From positions 1-42,624 of the IMG/VR virus record IMGVR_UViG_3300019781_000014: 42,624 bases of DNA. One strand, 5' to 3'. Below, piece by piece: positions 1 to 9,630 of this stretch. How positions within the stretch are numbered: the stretch's first letter is position 1; each line of letters opens with the position of its first letter. Made by a program: the position numbers and the translations under genes. This DNA comes from a virus (lineage: Duplodnaviria; Caudoviricetes). The notes beneath the pieces were generated by a model that did no database searches, had not been told where the DNA came from, and saw nothing but the letters and a program-made list of their open reading frames with translations.

Positions 1-127
1 GCTAGTGGCTCCTATTCCTCCTAAACTCTAAGGAACTGCCATGAACTTCACGGCTATTGTCACCGAGATTCTTGGCATGACAAAGAGGCCAGACAAGATT
101 CAGGACATTCGTCGTGAGGTGAATGCC
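1..127. repeat. Terminal direct repeat, left copy (assembly circularisation overlap)
   Basis: Bases 1-127 are identical to 42498-42624; the overlap runs through coding genes and 127 is a common assembler k-mer size. Confidence 0.95.
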
Positions 128-616
128 GCTATTCTTTGGTACTCTTCTGAACATGATTATCGTAGGGACCTGCTGGAAACCACTATTGTGATTAGCCCAG
201 CAGCCTATGAAAAGATCGTAGACCTAGCAACTCTTACTCGCTTTCGCAAAGTGTCTTACATCAAGTATGCTGGCACTAAGCGTTACGTGGAAGAGTTGAA
301 AGGGCTGAAGCTTACGAAGGATTGCGAGATTCTAGACAAGTGGTATCTTTCTGGTAACTCTATTAACATTAAACTAAGAGCTGAAGCTGCTGCTCTTGAC
401 TTTGGATACTACCAATATCCTGAGTATAAAACTGATGCTCTTCCAGAGTATTGGATGCTAGATGGTAACTGGTCTGCCATTCTTCAACGCGCAGCTGCTG
501 CTGTATTTAACTCTATTGGTGATGCCAACTCCTCTCAGATCGCAGCACGAGCAGCTCTTGAGCAAGGTACGATCTTTAAGAGTGATTACATCCGAGGAAG
601 CCAGCATGACGGATAA
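41..616 (+). CDS. Putative head-tail adaptor (tail tubular A / P22 gp4-like position)
   Basis: 191 aa, AAGGA RBS; second gene after the major capsid gene on the circular map; size and position fit a podovirus adaptor. Confidence 0.55.
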   Translation: MNFTAIVTEILGMTKRPDKIQDIRREVNAAILWYSSEHDYRRDLLETTIVISPAAYEKIVDLATLTRFRKVSYIKYAGTKRYVEELKGLKLTKDCEILDKWYLSGNSINIKLRAEAAALDFGYYQYPEYKTDALPEYWMLDGNWSAILQRAAAAVFNSIGDANSSQIAARAALEQGTIFKSDYIRGSQHDG

Positions 617-866
617 AGAGATTGATAGCAAATTTGATGAACTTAAGGACCAGCTTACAGGGATTACAGACAAGCTAGCAATCAGAGAACGTGCTGATAA
701 AGAGCTCTTAGAAATGTACACCAACATTAAAGGGTTCTTGAAAGTTATGAGCTGGGTAGAATATTGCTCAGTGTGGGTAGCCAAGATGAGTGTTGCAATG
801 GGCATTCTTTGGCTTATCTTCAAGGAATCTGTGAAGGAAGCGTTTAGGCGCGAAGGAGGCGGATAA
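606..866 (+). CDS. Small coiled-coil membrane protein, possible holin/antiholin
   Basis: Start moved to ATG 606 (GAGGA RBS); 86 aa with an N-terminal coiled coil, a hydrophobic segment (VWVAKMSVAMGILWLIF) and a charged tail. Confidence 0.5.
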   Translation: MTDKEIDSKFDELKDQLTGITDKLAIRERADKELLEMYTNIKGFLKVMSWVEYCSVWVAKMSVAMGILWLIFKESVKEAFRREGGG

Positions 867-1060
867 TGTCTTGGGTATCACCTAACTACGCCAAAGGGCT
901 AGGAAAAGGGTTCTCCGAAGAAGAGCTTATTGAGCTTGTCGGAGCCTCTTTCCTAGTACCTGTATATGAGCCTATCATGATCGCTGGAGCTTTAGTAACT
1001 ACTGTCTCCGGTGATCTTCTCACAGCGTATGCGTATTCTGTGCCACTGGACCCTATTTAA
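866..1060 (+). CDS. Hypothetical protein, possibly tail-fibre associated
   Basis: 64 aa, GGAGG RBS, TAATG coupling to the upstream gene, directly before the tail fibre. Confidence 0.6.
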   Translation: MSWVSPNYAKGLGKGFSEEELIELVGASFLVPVYEPIMIAGALVTTVSGDLLTAYAYSVPLDPI

Positions 1061-1072
1061 GCAGGAAATAAT

Positions 1073-2176
1073 ATGCTCCACAAAGACGTAGGTTTAGGTG
1101 ATGTACACCGAATCCAGAACTGGGAAGTAGCAGATCTTGCTGCACTTAATGCCCTCGTTGTCGTAGCTGATGACGAGGGCAAATTCGCTCGTAGACTTGA
1201 TAATGGTCAATTCTACTACCTTACAGACCACACTGGCCCTGATTGGGCTTTGGCTCTTGGAGGGGTGGCTACTATTGTAGCAGGGGCTAACATTACAGTT
1301 GATGCTACTGATCCTCTCAATCCTATTGTAGCTTCTACAGGTGGGGGCGGAGGTGGTGGCGGTCGAACTATTCTAGCTGCTGATACTACCTACTATGTTC
1401 GCACTGATGGTAATGATGCTAACACTGGCTTGACAGACTCATCTGGTGGAGCTTTTCTTACCATCCAGAAGGCAGTAGATGTCATTGCGCATACTGTAGA
1501 CACCGCTGGCTATCAAGTCACCATTCAGATTAAAGATGGTAGCTACGCAGCTGGAGCAATTCTTAAGCCCACTGTGGGTTCTTTGATCCCTATCATTCAG
1601 GGTAATGCTGTAACTCCTGCTAACGTGCATGTTAATATTGTAGCAGCTAGCACCTCAGCCTTTGTCTGTGGTAGACTGCAAGGTTCTGCTCCTTTTAACA
1701 TCCCAGGAGATAAAGCAGCTCAGTGGATTCTGAAGAACTTCAAGATAACCTGCACTCAGATCTCATTGTGGGTTAACGGAGTAGGTAATGCTATTTACCA
1801 TTCTGGACTAGACTTTGGCGTGGCGACACTTGCACACATTAACTCTGCTTCTGGTGCAACAGTCTACGCAACTGGCAATTATACTATCTCAGGGACATCA
1901 TCAAACCACATCACAGCTTCTCAGGGTGGTAGGGTACATCATGCTACCTTGACAGTTACCTTTACTGCTAACATGGTAGTAAACCAGTTTATCCTGCTAA
2001 GCAGCGGTTCCTATGCAATGATGCCTGCGCAGACCTATACACTAGGTGCTTTTACTGTCACTGGCCAACGTTATAACGCAGCGCAGCTTAGTCTTATCTC
2101 TGGTACTGGAGCAGGAGCAAGTTACTTTCCTGGCTCTACTGGTGGAGCTGTTGCTACTGGCGCCCTTTACCTCTAA
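1073..2176 (+). CDS. Tail fibre / tailspike with beta-helix-like C-terminal domain
   Basis: N-terminal domain, Gly8 linker, then TYYVRTDGNDANTG...AFLTIQKAVD, typical of the start of pectin-lyase-like beta-helix proteins; rich in G/A/T/S. Confidence 0.75.
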   Translation: MLHKDVGLGDVHRIQNWEVADLAALNALVVVADDEGKFARRLDNGQFYYLTDHTGPDWALALGGVATIVAGANITVDATDPLNPIVASTGGGGGGGGRTILAADTTYYVRTDGNDANTGLTDSSGGAFLTIQKAVDVIAHTVDTAGYQVTIQIKDGSYAAGAILKPTVGSLIPIIQGNAVTPANVHVNIVAASTSAFVCGRLQGSAPFNIPGDKAAQWILKNFKITCTQISLWVNGVGNAIYHSGLDFGVATLAHINSASGATVYATGNYTISGTSSNHITASQGGRVHHATLTVTFTANMVVNQFILLSSGSYAMMPAQTYTLGAFTVTGQRYNAAQLSLISGTGAGASYFPGSTGGAVATGALYL

Positions 2177-2185
2177 GGAATTATC

Positions 2186-2665
2186 ATGGAATTTAAGAAA
2201 GCTATCGATAGGGTTTTAGGCCACGAAGGAGGTTATGTAAATGACCCAGATGATCCAGGCGGTGAGACTAATTGGGGCATCTCAAAGCGCAGTTACCCTA
2301 ATGTAGATATTAAGAACCTTACTCGAGATCAGGCTGTAGCTATCTACTTCAAAGACTTCTGGGTTCCTATTAAAGGAGAGCGTTTACATGATGGCACGGC
2401 TTATCAACTACTTGACTCGGCAGTTAACTCTGGCATACAACAATCTATCAGACTTCTTCAGAGAGCTCTTGAAGTAGCAGATGATGGACATTTTGGGCCT
2501 CACTCTCTTCTAGCTTCTCAGACTATGAGCGAGTCAGATCAGATTCTCCGCTTTAACGCAGAGAGAATTGAGTTCATGACAAAGCTTAAAAACTGGAAGT
2601 TTCATGGTGCTGGCTGGATGCGTAGAATTGCTGGCAACTTGCGCTTCGGTGCTATTGATTCCTAA
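2186..2665 (+). CDS. Endolysin, glycoside hydrolase family 108 with peptidoglycan-binding C-terminus
   Basis: HEGGYVNDPDDPGGETNWGI (EGGY motif), DSAVNSG, LQRAL..DGHFGP, GWMRR. Confidence 0.93.
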   Translation: MEFKKAIDRVLGHEGGYVNDPDDPGGETNWGISKRSYPNVDIKNLTRDQAVAIYFKDFWVPIKGERLHDGTAYQLLDSAVNSGIQQSIRLLQRALEVADDGHFGPHSLLASQTMSESDQILRFNAERIEFMTKLKNWKFHGAGWMRRIAGNLRFGAIDS

Positions 2666-2677
2666 AGAAAGAACTTT

Positions 2678-3208
2678 ATGCCTATCCTTCCTGCTGTATT
2701 AGCATTGGCTCAGTTTGCACCTTCTATCCTTCGCTTCCTAGGAGTTGGAGAGTCTGGTGCTCCTAAATCTGTGCTTGACAAGATTGAAGAAGTAGCTAAA
2801 ACTGTGTCTGGCTCAGGCTCTATTGAAGAAGCTGTTACCATCTTTGCTTCTTCACAAGAAAAGGCTTATGAGTTTAAGATCATGATGATTGCCAATGATC
2901 TTGAGATGGAGAAGCTCTACTTGGCTGACGTTAACTCAGCTCGTATTCGGGATACTGCTTTCATCACGAATGGCAAGTACAATCACCGAGCTAACATCAT
3001 GTTCATTCTAGCATTTGCTATTGTGGCGTGGCTGTTCTACATTGTATGGTCTGACCCAGCCATCAATGAGTTTGCTAAAGGTGTAGTAACTCTTATCCTT
3101 GGCCGTTTCCTTGGCTACCTCGATGCTATCTATAACTTTGAGTTCGGATCTACTCGAAGCAGCAAAGAGAAAGATGCCACTATCACTCATCTGTCGGAGA
3201 AATCCTAA
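2678..3208 (+). CDS. Holin-like membrane protein (3TM / GTA-holin-like)
   Basis: Follows the endolysin; hydrophobic N-terminus, D..SAR.RD motif, two C-terminal TM segments, ends FGSTRSSKEKD. Confidence 0.65.
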   Translation: MPILPAVLALAQFAPSILRFLGVGESGAPKSVLDKIEEVAKTVSGSGSIEEAVTIFASSQEKAYEFKIMMIANDLEMEKLYLADVNSARIRDTAFITNGKYNHRANIMFILAFAIVAWLFYIVWSDPAINEFAKGVVTLILGRFLGYLDAIYNFEFGSTRSSKEKDATITHLSEKS

Positions 3209-3603
3209 TGGCAACCGCAGTAGAAAAACAGCTATACCCATTTAGTACTGAGGATGCTCAGGCTATCCCACTAGACATCATTCTGCCTAAAGAGCTTCTG
3301 TTTATTCAGCTCGCGGCAGAAGCAGCTGCGTCTGTGACTATCCCGACTGGCTTTAATCTAGTAGCTGTTTATTCTTCTGTGGATGTACTACTAGACTTTG
3401 CCAACGCAGCAGCTTATCCCCTAGCAGCTGGCACATTCTCTGAAGGAGTCTTTGTGCCGGGCAGTGTTATGATGACCTTCATGCTACCAGATGTAGGCGC
3501 AATTAAGATTGTCCCAGTAGCTAACAGAGCAGGCTGGTGCACAATTCAGAATATTCAAAAGTGGGCCGGTCTGGGCCTTCGTCGTCAACTTGGCTCTCGT
3601 TGA
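3208..3603 (+). CDS. Hypothetical virion protein
   Basis: 131 aa, beta-rich, TAATG-coupled, inside the tail module. Confidence 0.55.
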   Translation: MATAVEKQLYPFSTEDAQAIPLDIILPKELLFIQLAAEAAASVTIPTGFNLVAVYSSVDVLLDFANAAAYPLAAGTFSEGVFVPGSVMMTFMLPDVGAIKIVPVANRAGWCTIQNIQKWAGLGLRRQLGSR

Positions 3604-3610
3604 GGTAATT

Positions 3611-6463
3611 ATGGCCGCAGCACAAACTACTAGATTCATTGACGTAACTCGTACGTTCATTCCTGTTAATCCTAACTCCTTCCCAGATGGGCTGCATGAG
3701 TACACTAGGACTGACATTGAAGATCGTATTCCTGTAATGGCCTACAAGGGCTATAACTTCCTGCCCACTGCTTACGGATACAAGAGTTACTTTGGTACAA
3801 ATCAGCTTCTTGGTATCGATGCTCTTCCTGAGCAGATCGATCGTATTTTCACGTTCCAGAATAACTCTTTCGAGAACATCCTTATTGCTCTCTGCGATAG
3901 CGGAATCTGGTACAAAGCAGCTGATGTTTCTGGAGCATGGACTCAAGCTCTGGCAATGCCATTTGATCGACTCACACAAGTTCACTACTCGTGGAGCTTT
4001 ACGATCATCAACGATCAGCTGTATGTCTACCGCCAAGGATTTGCCAGCTATCAAAAGATTGTCTCTAATGCGTCAGCTCCTGGCTTTACCCTGACTAGCG
4101 TAGTTCCTACCTTCCTTAATATGGAAGCGCAGATGGGAATCTTTCGTGCAGGTAATAGGCTTGGTTTCTGGGACTCTTCTGATTCTATTGCTTGGTCTAA
4201 CTTGGATGACTTCCAAGACTTTGTGCCGTCTCTTGAGACCTTGGCAGGCTCTACTGTGTTTTCCGCAGTAGTGGGTCGCATTGTTATGATCTATCCTCAT
4301 GGAGATGGTTTCATGATCTATGCTACTAGAAGCATCATCTACATTCAAGAGCAGCCTGAGAGCTTGTTCCAGTGGAAACCTAAGATTGTTGTGATTGGCG
4401 CTGGTATTGCTTATCGAGAAGAAGCTGTTGCAGCTATTCCTGATGACATTCACTATGTCAATTCTACGATTGGAATGTATAAGATTACTAATGCAGCTGC
4501 TGAGATCATCATTCCAGAAGTAACCGACTACTTTAAGGAAGCTGTTGGCCCTAAGTACTTGTCTTTGCAAGAAGGTAGGTACTTGTGCATTCGCACACTT
4601 GACCCTAACTACTCTGATGGTCAAGCTCAGTTTAGTGATGAAGTTATTCCAGAGACGGTCATCACATTCCCAGGAGCTAATCTTAATGTTTTTGATGCCA
4701 TTGATAAAGCTCAAACTCAAGGTGGCTCAGGATTCTGCCCTGTCTTTAATGGCTTGAGCAGCGGAGCTTATCAGCAGCCAGAAGATGGTGATCCGAGCAA
4801 ACTCTATCGGCCTGTATATACTGCATACTTGAGTGACAGTGGTGCACGAGCAGCGGATAACATTACTTGGGTATCAGTACCTTGTACTGCGCCTCAGTGG
4901 CCTTCTGGTGCTCCTTATCCAATGTCTCCCGGAGCTGATGGCTCATTGGACAGGGCTTCTACTGATGCAACAAATAAGCGAGTGGTCGCTGGCTCAGACG
5001 CGTATGTAGTAGGTGGATGGACTATTGAGCGGTTTGTAGCAGCTCAGACTGCTATCTGGCAATTAGAGGATGCAGCTCTTAAAGCTTACTTGAGTGCAAT
5101 TCTTGGCCGAGCTCACTCGTCTCAGGTGCAGCGCTATGAGATTGCTAGCGTAACTACGACTGCTAACTACGATTGCGATCTTGGAGACTTTGTTACCAAA
5201 TATACAGGTCCTCAATTTGGCTGGAGCCCTTGTGAATTCTGGCTTACTCGGTATGCAGTAGGTGCTATTAACATTAGAATGCGCGGCTCACTGACAGAGC
5301 GTTCTGTGTTTGAACCTGCTCATATTGTTCCTTATGATGATGGGCCTACTACATGGCTTGCTTCTGGTAGCGGTGGTTCTACTAACGTAGGCACTGATGC
5401 TATTGCTACTATTACTGCACGATGGAACGCTGACTTCCCAGCTACGCCTATTCCTAGTGGCACTCATGATATTAGGATCACAGCTACAAACAGTCTGGGA
5501 CAGCCAATTACATATCAGGTGTTCGGTACTGCTGGTAATACTCCAACGGTTGTTAGCGCCAGTATTCTTACTGTGTGCCCTGTAGATGCTACTGTAACTG
5601 GTGCTGGTGTTTGTACTATCCCAGATCGTTATCTTGTCACTAAAGCTACCAACGTTTATAACGTAGGAATTAACAAGTCTATTCCTCCTACTCCTGATAC
5701 GGGCTTCTGCCGGTTGACTGGCTGGGATGATGGAACTTCAATTCTTCCAGCAGGTACTTGTACTGCGCCAGCTCAATTCCCAGATGGCTCTGATGTAAGA
5801 CAAGCTCCTATGGGTAATCCTGTAGCTATTGGAGATGATGGTACTTTCTGCTCTCAGCCATTTGAGCCGTTCATTATCCCAGGTACTCCTGATGTAACTA
5901 TTAACTGGCCAGATCAGTCTGTTACTATTCCTAGTGGTACTTTCTTCTTGCAGGATGGCTCAGTAGAACCTTACTATCCTATCTTTGAAGGGGCTTTTGT
6001 TTATGATCTTCACCTGAAGAAATGGGGCAAGTATAATGGGCGCCATCGCCAACTACTCGATTACTCGCCCATCAACACCTTCGGACCTTCTGAGCAATCA
6101 TATGCAAGGTTTGGTATATTCGGAGGTATCGTAGAAGAAGGTGGAACGCTGCGTTTGTTTGATGAGTATCCAGTGGATTCTTATATCACATACGGTAAAG
6201 TAGGGTACTATAGGCAGGGCATGTCGACAGTAGAAGAAATTCGACTGCACATGAAGACTCCTTGCACTGGCTTTCTGTCTGTGTATTCTTCTCTAGAAGG
6301 TAAGAATCTTTCAAGTGGCTTTTCTAAAGTGGAACCATTTACGGATTCTGATAACATTACCCTCTACGGTGGCCCAACTGCCAAATGGCACAATATCGAA
6401 ATCCGCGGTAGGTTCGATATATCTTATCTAGAATACCGCGGTATCATTCAAGGAAAGAGGTAA
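3611..6463 (+). CDS. Tail nozzle / stabilisation protein (P22 gp10 / T7 gp12-like) with large insertion
   Basis: Start moved to ATG 3611 (GAGGT RBS); propeller-like aromatic strands (IAWSNLDDFQDF, FVYDLHLKKWG); lies just before the ejection proteins. Confidence 0.65.
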   Translation: MAAAQTTRFIDVTRTFIPVNPNSFPDGLHEYTRTDIEDRIPVMAYKGYNFLPTAYGYKSYFGTNQLLGIDALPEQIDRIFTFQNNSFENILIALCDSGIWYKAADVSGAWTQALAMPFDRLTQVHYSWSFTIINDQLYVYRQGFASYQKIVSNASAPGFTLTSVVPTFLNMEAQMGIFRAGNRLGFWDSSDSIAWSNLDDFQDFVPSLETLAGSTVFSAVVGRIVMIYPHGDGFMIYATRSIIYIQEQPESLFQWKPKIVVIGAGIAYREEAVAAIPDDIHYVNSTIGMYKITNAAAEIIIPEVTDYFKEAVGPKYLSLQEGRYLCIRTLDPNYSDGQAQFSDEVIPETVITFPGANLNVFDAIDKAQTQGGSGFCPVFNGLSSGAYQQPEDGDPSKLYRPVYTAYLSDSGARAADNITWVSVPCTAPQWPSGAPYPMSPGADGSLDRASTDATNKRVVAGSDAYVVGGWTIERFVAAQTAIWQLEDAALKAYLSAILGRAHSSQVQRYEIASVTTTANYDCDLGDFVTKYTGPQFGWSPCEFWLTRYAVGAINIRMRGSLTERSVFEPAHIVPYDDGPTTWLASGSGGSTNVGTDAIATITARWNADFPATPIPSGTHDIRITATNSLGQPITYQVFGTAGNTPTVVSASILTVCPVDATVTGAGVCTIPDRYLVTKATNVYNVGINKSIPPTPDTGFCRLTGWDDGTSILPAGTCTAPAQFPDGSDVRQAPMGNPVAIGDDGTFCSQPFEPFIIPGTPDVTINWPDQSVTIPSGTFFLQDGSVEPYYPIFEGAFVYDLHLKKWGKYNGRHRQLLDYSPINTFGPSEQSYARFGIFGGIVEEGGTLRLFDEYPVDSYITYGKVGYYRQGMSTVEEIRLHMKTPCTGFLSVYSSLEGKNLSSGFSKVEPFTDSDNITLYGGPTAKWHNIEIRGRFDISYLEYRGIIQGKR

Positions 6464-6466
6464 ATT

Positions 6467-7228
6467 ATGGCAACTCGTACTACTACTCAAGGCAATGAGC
6501 AGAGCAACGCAGCTCTTTCTGTTCTCATTCAGCAGCTCATGGCTGGTGGAACTCAGGAGCAACAACGACAAGCAGCAGCTCGACAGGGGGAGGTTAATAC
6601 TAACCAAGCCCTTCGTGCGCGCTACAGCCCAGAAGCTGCTCTAGCTGATGCTCAGGGCCTTATGGCTCAGCAACTGCGCAAGGCTATGGAGTCTGCTCTT
6701 CCTACCATTACTCGTAGTGCGGAAGGTGCAGGAGCTTCGGCTAACTCTATGAGGGCTCTGCTTACGCAAGATGCTCTTACTCGGGCAGCAGAATCTTCCT
6801 CTGCACTTGGTGTAAATGCTGTGCAAGGTTATGGGCAGATTGGTTCTTCTATCTCTGGCATTCTGGAAGGACTGACCCGCACGGATAACTCCAGCATGAC
6901 TGCCCTTCTCCAAGCACTTGAGCTCATGCAACAGGGTACTAAAGAAGAAGTTGATGCAGGAGGTTCTAGTGGGGGTGGCTCAGGAGGTGGGCGCTCTGTT
7001 ACTGGAAGCAGCGGTAGTGGGATGCCATCTACTGATAACTTCTTCTATCGTCCCGGCGGTATCTTGGCTAATGCTGCGGCTACGAGGGCTCAGGCTCCTA
7101 CTAGCTTCGGCCCATCGGTTAATGATAGTGTAATTGCTGATAGGATCATTGCTGGCCTTGGCCCTTCGCAGTCTCTTAGCAGCGTACCTAACATCAACGA
7201 GCTTTACCGCTCAGGCTTTAGTTTCTAA
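6467..7228 (+). CDS. Putative internal virion / ejection protein
   Basis: 253 aa, rich in Q/A/G/S, helical; position after the nozzle. Confidence 0.55.
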   Translation: MATRTTTQGNEQSNAALSVLIQQLMAGGTQEQQRQAAARQGEVNTNQALRARYSPEAALADAQGLMAQQLRKAMESALPTITRSAEGAGASANSMRALLTQDALTRAAESSSALGVNAVQGYGQIGSSISGILEGLTRTDNSSMTALLQALELMQQGTKEEVDAGGSSGGGSGGGRSVTGSSGSGMPSTDNFFYRPGGILANAAATRAQAPTSFGPSVNDSVIADRIIAGLGPSQSLSSVPNINELYRSGFSF

Positions 7229-7237
7229 GGAGCTACC

Positions 7238-7576
7238 ATGGATCGCAACCTCAGTAGTTCAGAAGGGATTGCAGAGGCCCTGCTTTCCTTGTCTGGTTCA
7301 GACCTTGCTCAGATTCCTCATGCTCTCCTATATAACGCACGAACCAAAGTGCCTAAGGAGCAGCAGAATCTTATTAGCCCCTATGAGCACAGGGCATTTG
7401 CTAGGGAAGCAGTTATGGAAGATCCTTTGATGGCACTTCCTATTGCAGCATCTGTAATCCCCTATCAACTTTATAAGGCTATTGATGGACGTAGCCGCTC
7501 TACTCCTTCAATAGATCAGGTCCTTCAAGGCTTCATGGGAGTAGGTGAAGGTCTTATTGGCGCAATTCGGAAATAA
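7238..7576 (+). CDS. Hypothetical protein, probably virion-associated
   Basis: 112 aa, AAGGAG RBS, within the ejection-protein cluster. Confidence 0.6.
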   Translation: MDRNLSSSEGIAEALLSLSGSDLAQIPHALLYNARTKVPKEQQNLISPYEHRAFAREAVMEDPLMALPIAASVIPYQLYKAIDGRSRSTPSIDQVLQGFMGVGEGLIGAIRK

Positions 7577-7585
7577 GGAAACAAC

Positions 7586-9619
7586 ATGGCTGATATTACT
7601 CAACTTCTGAGCCAAGCTCGGAACCCACAAGAAGTAGCTTTGCTTCTTTCAGCTATTGGTCAGACTGGCTCAATGGCTTCTCCTACTGCTGTGCAAACAG
7701 ATCCTATGGCTCTCACTTCCTCACGTGAGGCTGAGCTTCTCCTAGGCGCATTGGGTCAGACTAATCGTGGGCAGATGCCTGCTGTTGCTGTTGATCCAAT
7801 CTTCCGCAATAGTGGAGAATTCTTCCAAGCTGACCTTGGTAAACTGGCTTCTCCAGAAGCAGCTCGTGCTCTGCTTAATAGCCTGGGTCAGACTGGTGCT
7901 ATGGCTGAGAAGGTTCCTATGAGTCCTTCTACTAGCGCAGGTATTAATGCTAGTTCTCCTCAGTATGCTCAGGCTGTTAGTCCAGAAGAGCGTATGTTTA
8001 TTGATGCCGCTTATGCTGGTGTACAGGGTGATGTGGATAGGCTGCTGCAAGATCCTAAGCAACGAGCTGCTCTTGGTCTGCCAGATGATGGCTTCCGTGA
8101 TATTTATCGTGATGGCACTGCCAATACTAAAGGTGGCGTCAATCGTGTTAACCAGTACACTAATGAGCACGGAGTAACTGCTACTCGTGATCCTAAGACT
8201 GGACAGGTTATGCTGTCTAATGTAGGTGAGAATGGTAAGCCTACTCCACAATCTCAGCGTCAGGTGTATGGTTTTAACCCTATGAGCGCAACAGGCTCAG
8301 CTACCTTGGATACTCTGTATGAACAGATCAAGACTGCTCCTGATGCTGCTACTGCTCGTGGAATGGCAGCTACTGCACGTACTGCGCTGGCAGAAGAATC
8401 TACTAAAATTGAAGCTCAAGCTTTGCAGTTTGCTTCTAACAAAGTAGGCATTCCTTCTATGCGCCTGCGCCTTAGCCAGTCTGAGGCTCTTGATCGTACC
8501 CAGCCCGGTTATATGCCAGGCATTGGTGACTCTAAGAACACTGCTGCAATTCGTAATGAAGTTGCTCAAGCAGAAGCACAAGCACGTCAGATTGCTGAAG
8601 ACTGGAAGAAGACTAACATTAGCTCAGCTCGTCTGCAAGCCACTACTGCTAACATTGAGCAGGAGCTTAAGCGCCTTGACTTGTTGGAGCGTAAGCAAGA
8701 AGGTCTGGAAGCTACGACTCGTGAGCAGTCTCTCCGCAAGCGAGAGATTAAAGACATGCAAGATGTCGAGCGCTATGAGAGCTTCTCTCCTGAGCAGAAG
8801 ATGATTATGAATCGTCTGAATCCTCAGTTGGCTGCTAAAGCTGATAACCAAGGCGAAATGGTAGCATTCTTCCAGCGCCAGATGAGCAGTGATCCAGCTT
8901 TCAAAGAGCTCATCCAGTCTGATCCTGCTGACATTATCATGCTGGCAGCTAAAGGTAACAAGCTTGCTCGTGCTCTTACTGTGCAAGAAGAAGCAGTAGC
9001 TACTGGTCGTCCCCCTGATGAGATTGATCGTGAGATTCGTAGCATTTCTAACTTGGCTAGTGACCCTTCAGCTGTTCAGCAATGGGCAGTAAATTCTACC
9101 TCGGGTGTGCTAGGAGATAAAGTAGCAGCTAGGCAAGCAGCCATTGGTCGCTATAATGCTCTGGCTTCTGGGACTACTAAAGAAGAGAAAGCACAGTATG
9201 AACGTCTGCGTACTGAGATTGGCCTGACTGCTTTTAAGCAACAGAAGACTCTTAAGTTTGCATCTGACGTGTCTACTTGGGGCTCAAGTAACCCTGAGAT
9301 TGCTGCTGCTACAGAAGTGGCACTGAAGAACTCAGGTAAGACTGATATTGATTCTGTACTTACTGCTTACGTAGGTGATGCTGTAGGACCTGATGCTCTT
9401 ACTCGCTACTCTGCGTTTAAGGAAGCTATTCGTCAAGCAGCTCAGAAGCAATCTCGTAGTGTGTTTGGTGGCATCGACTCAGCTGCTATCCTGTCGCGCA
9501 TCGATACTGCTGCTAAGGAGAAAGGCCAGTTGGCTGCTTGGTATAAAGAGCGTTATGGCTGGACAGAAGATGTCTCTCGCTCTATTGTCACCAACATCGC
9601 TGATCTGTTTGGTAACTAA
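7586..9619 (+). CDS. Putative internal virion / ejection protein
   Basis: 677 aa, Ala/Gln-rich coiled coil; three N-terminal repeats of E(A/V)xLLLxx(I/L)GQT. Confidence 0.6.
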   Translation: MADITQLLSQARNPQEVALLLSAIGQTGSMASPTAVQTDPMALTSSREAELLLGALGQTNRGQMPAVAVDPIFRNSGEFFQADLGKLASPEAARALLNSLGQTGAMAEKVPMSPSTSAGINASSPQYAQAVSPEERMFIDAAYAGVQGDVDRLLQDPKQRAALGLPDDGFRDIYRDGTANTKGGVNRVNQYTNEHGVTATRDPKTGQVMLSNVGENGKPTPQSQRQVYGFNPMSATGSATLDTLYEQIKTAPDAATARGMAATARTALAEESTKIEAQALQFASNKVGIPSMRLRLSQSEALDRTQPGYMPGIGDSKNTAAIRNEVAQAEAQARQIAEDWKKTNISSARLQATTANIEQELKRLDLLERKQEGLEATTREQSLRKREIKDMQDVERYESFSPEQKMIMNRLNPQLAAKADNQGEMVAFFQRQMSSDPAFKELIQSDPADIIMLAAKGNKLARALTVQEEAVATGRPPDEIDREIRSISNLASDPSAVQQWAVNSTSGVLGDKVAARQAAIGRYNALASGTTKEEKAQYERLRTEIGLTAFKQQKTLKFASDVSTWGSSNPEIAAATEVALKNSGKTDIDSVLTAYVGDAVGPDALTRYSAFKEAIRQAAQKQSRSVFGGIDSAAILSRIDTAAKEKGQLAAWYKERYGWTEDVSRSIVTNIADLFGN

Positions 9620-9630
9620 AGGATAACAAC

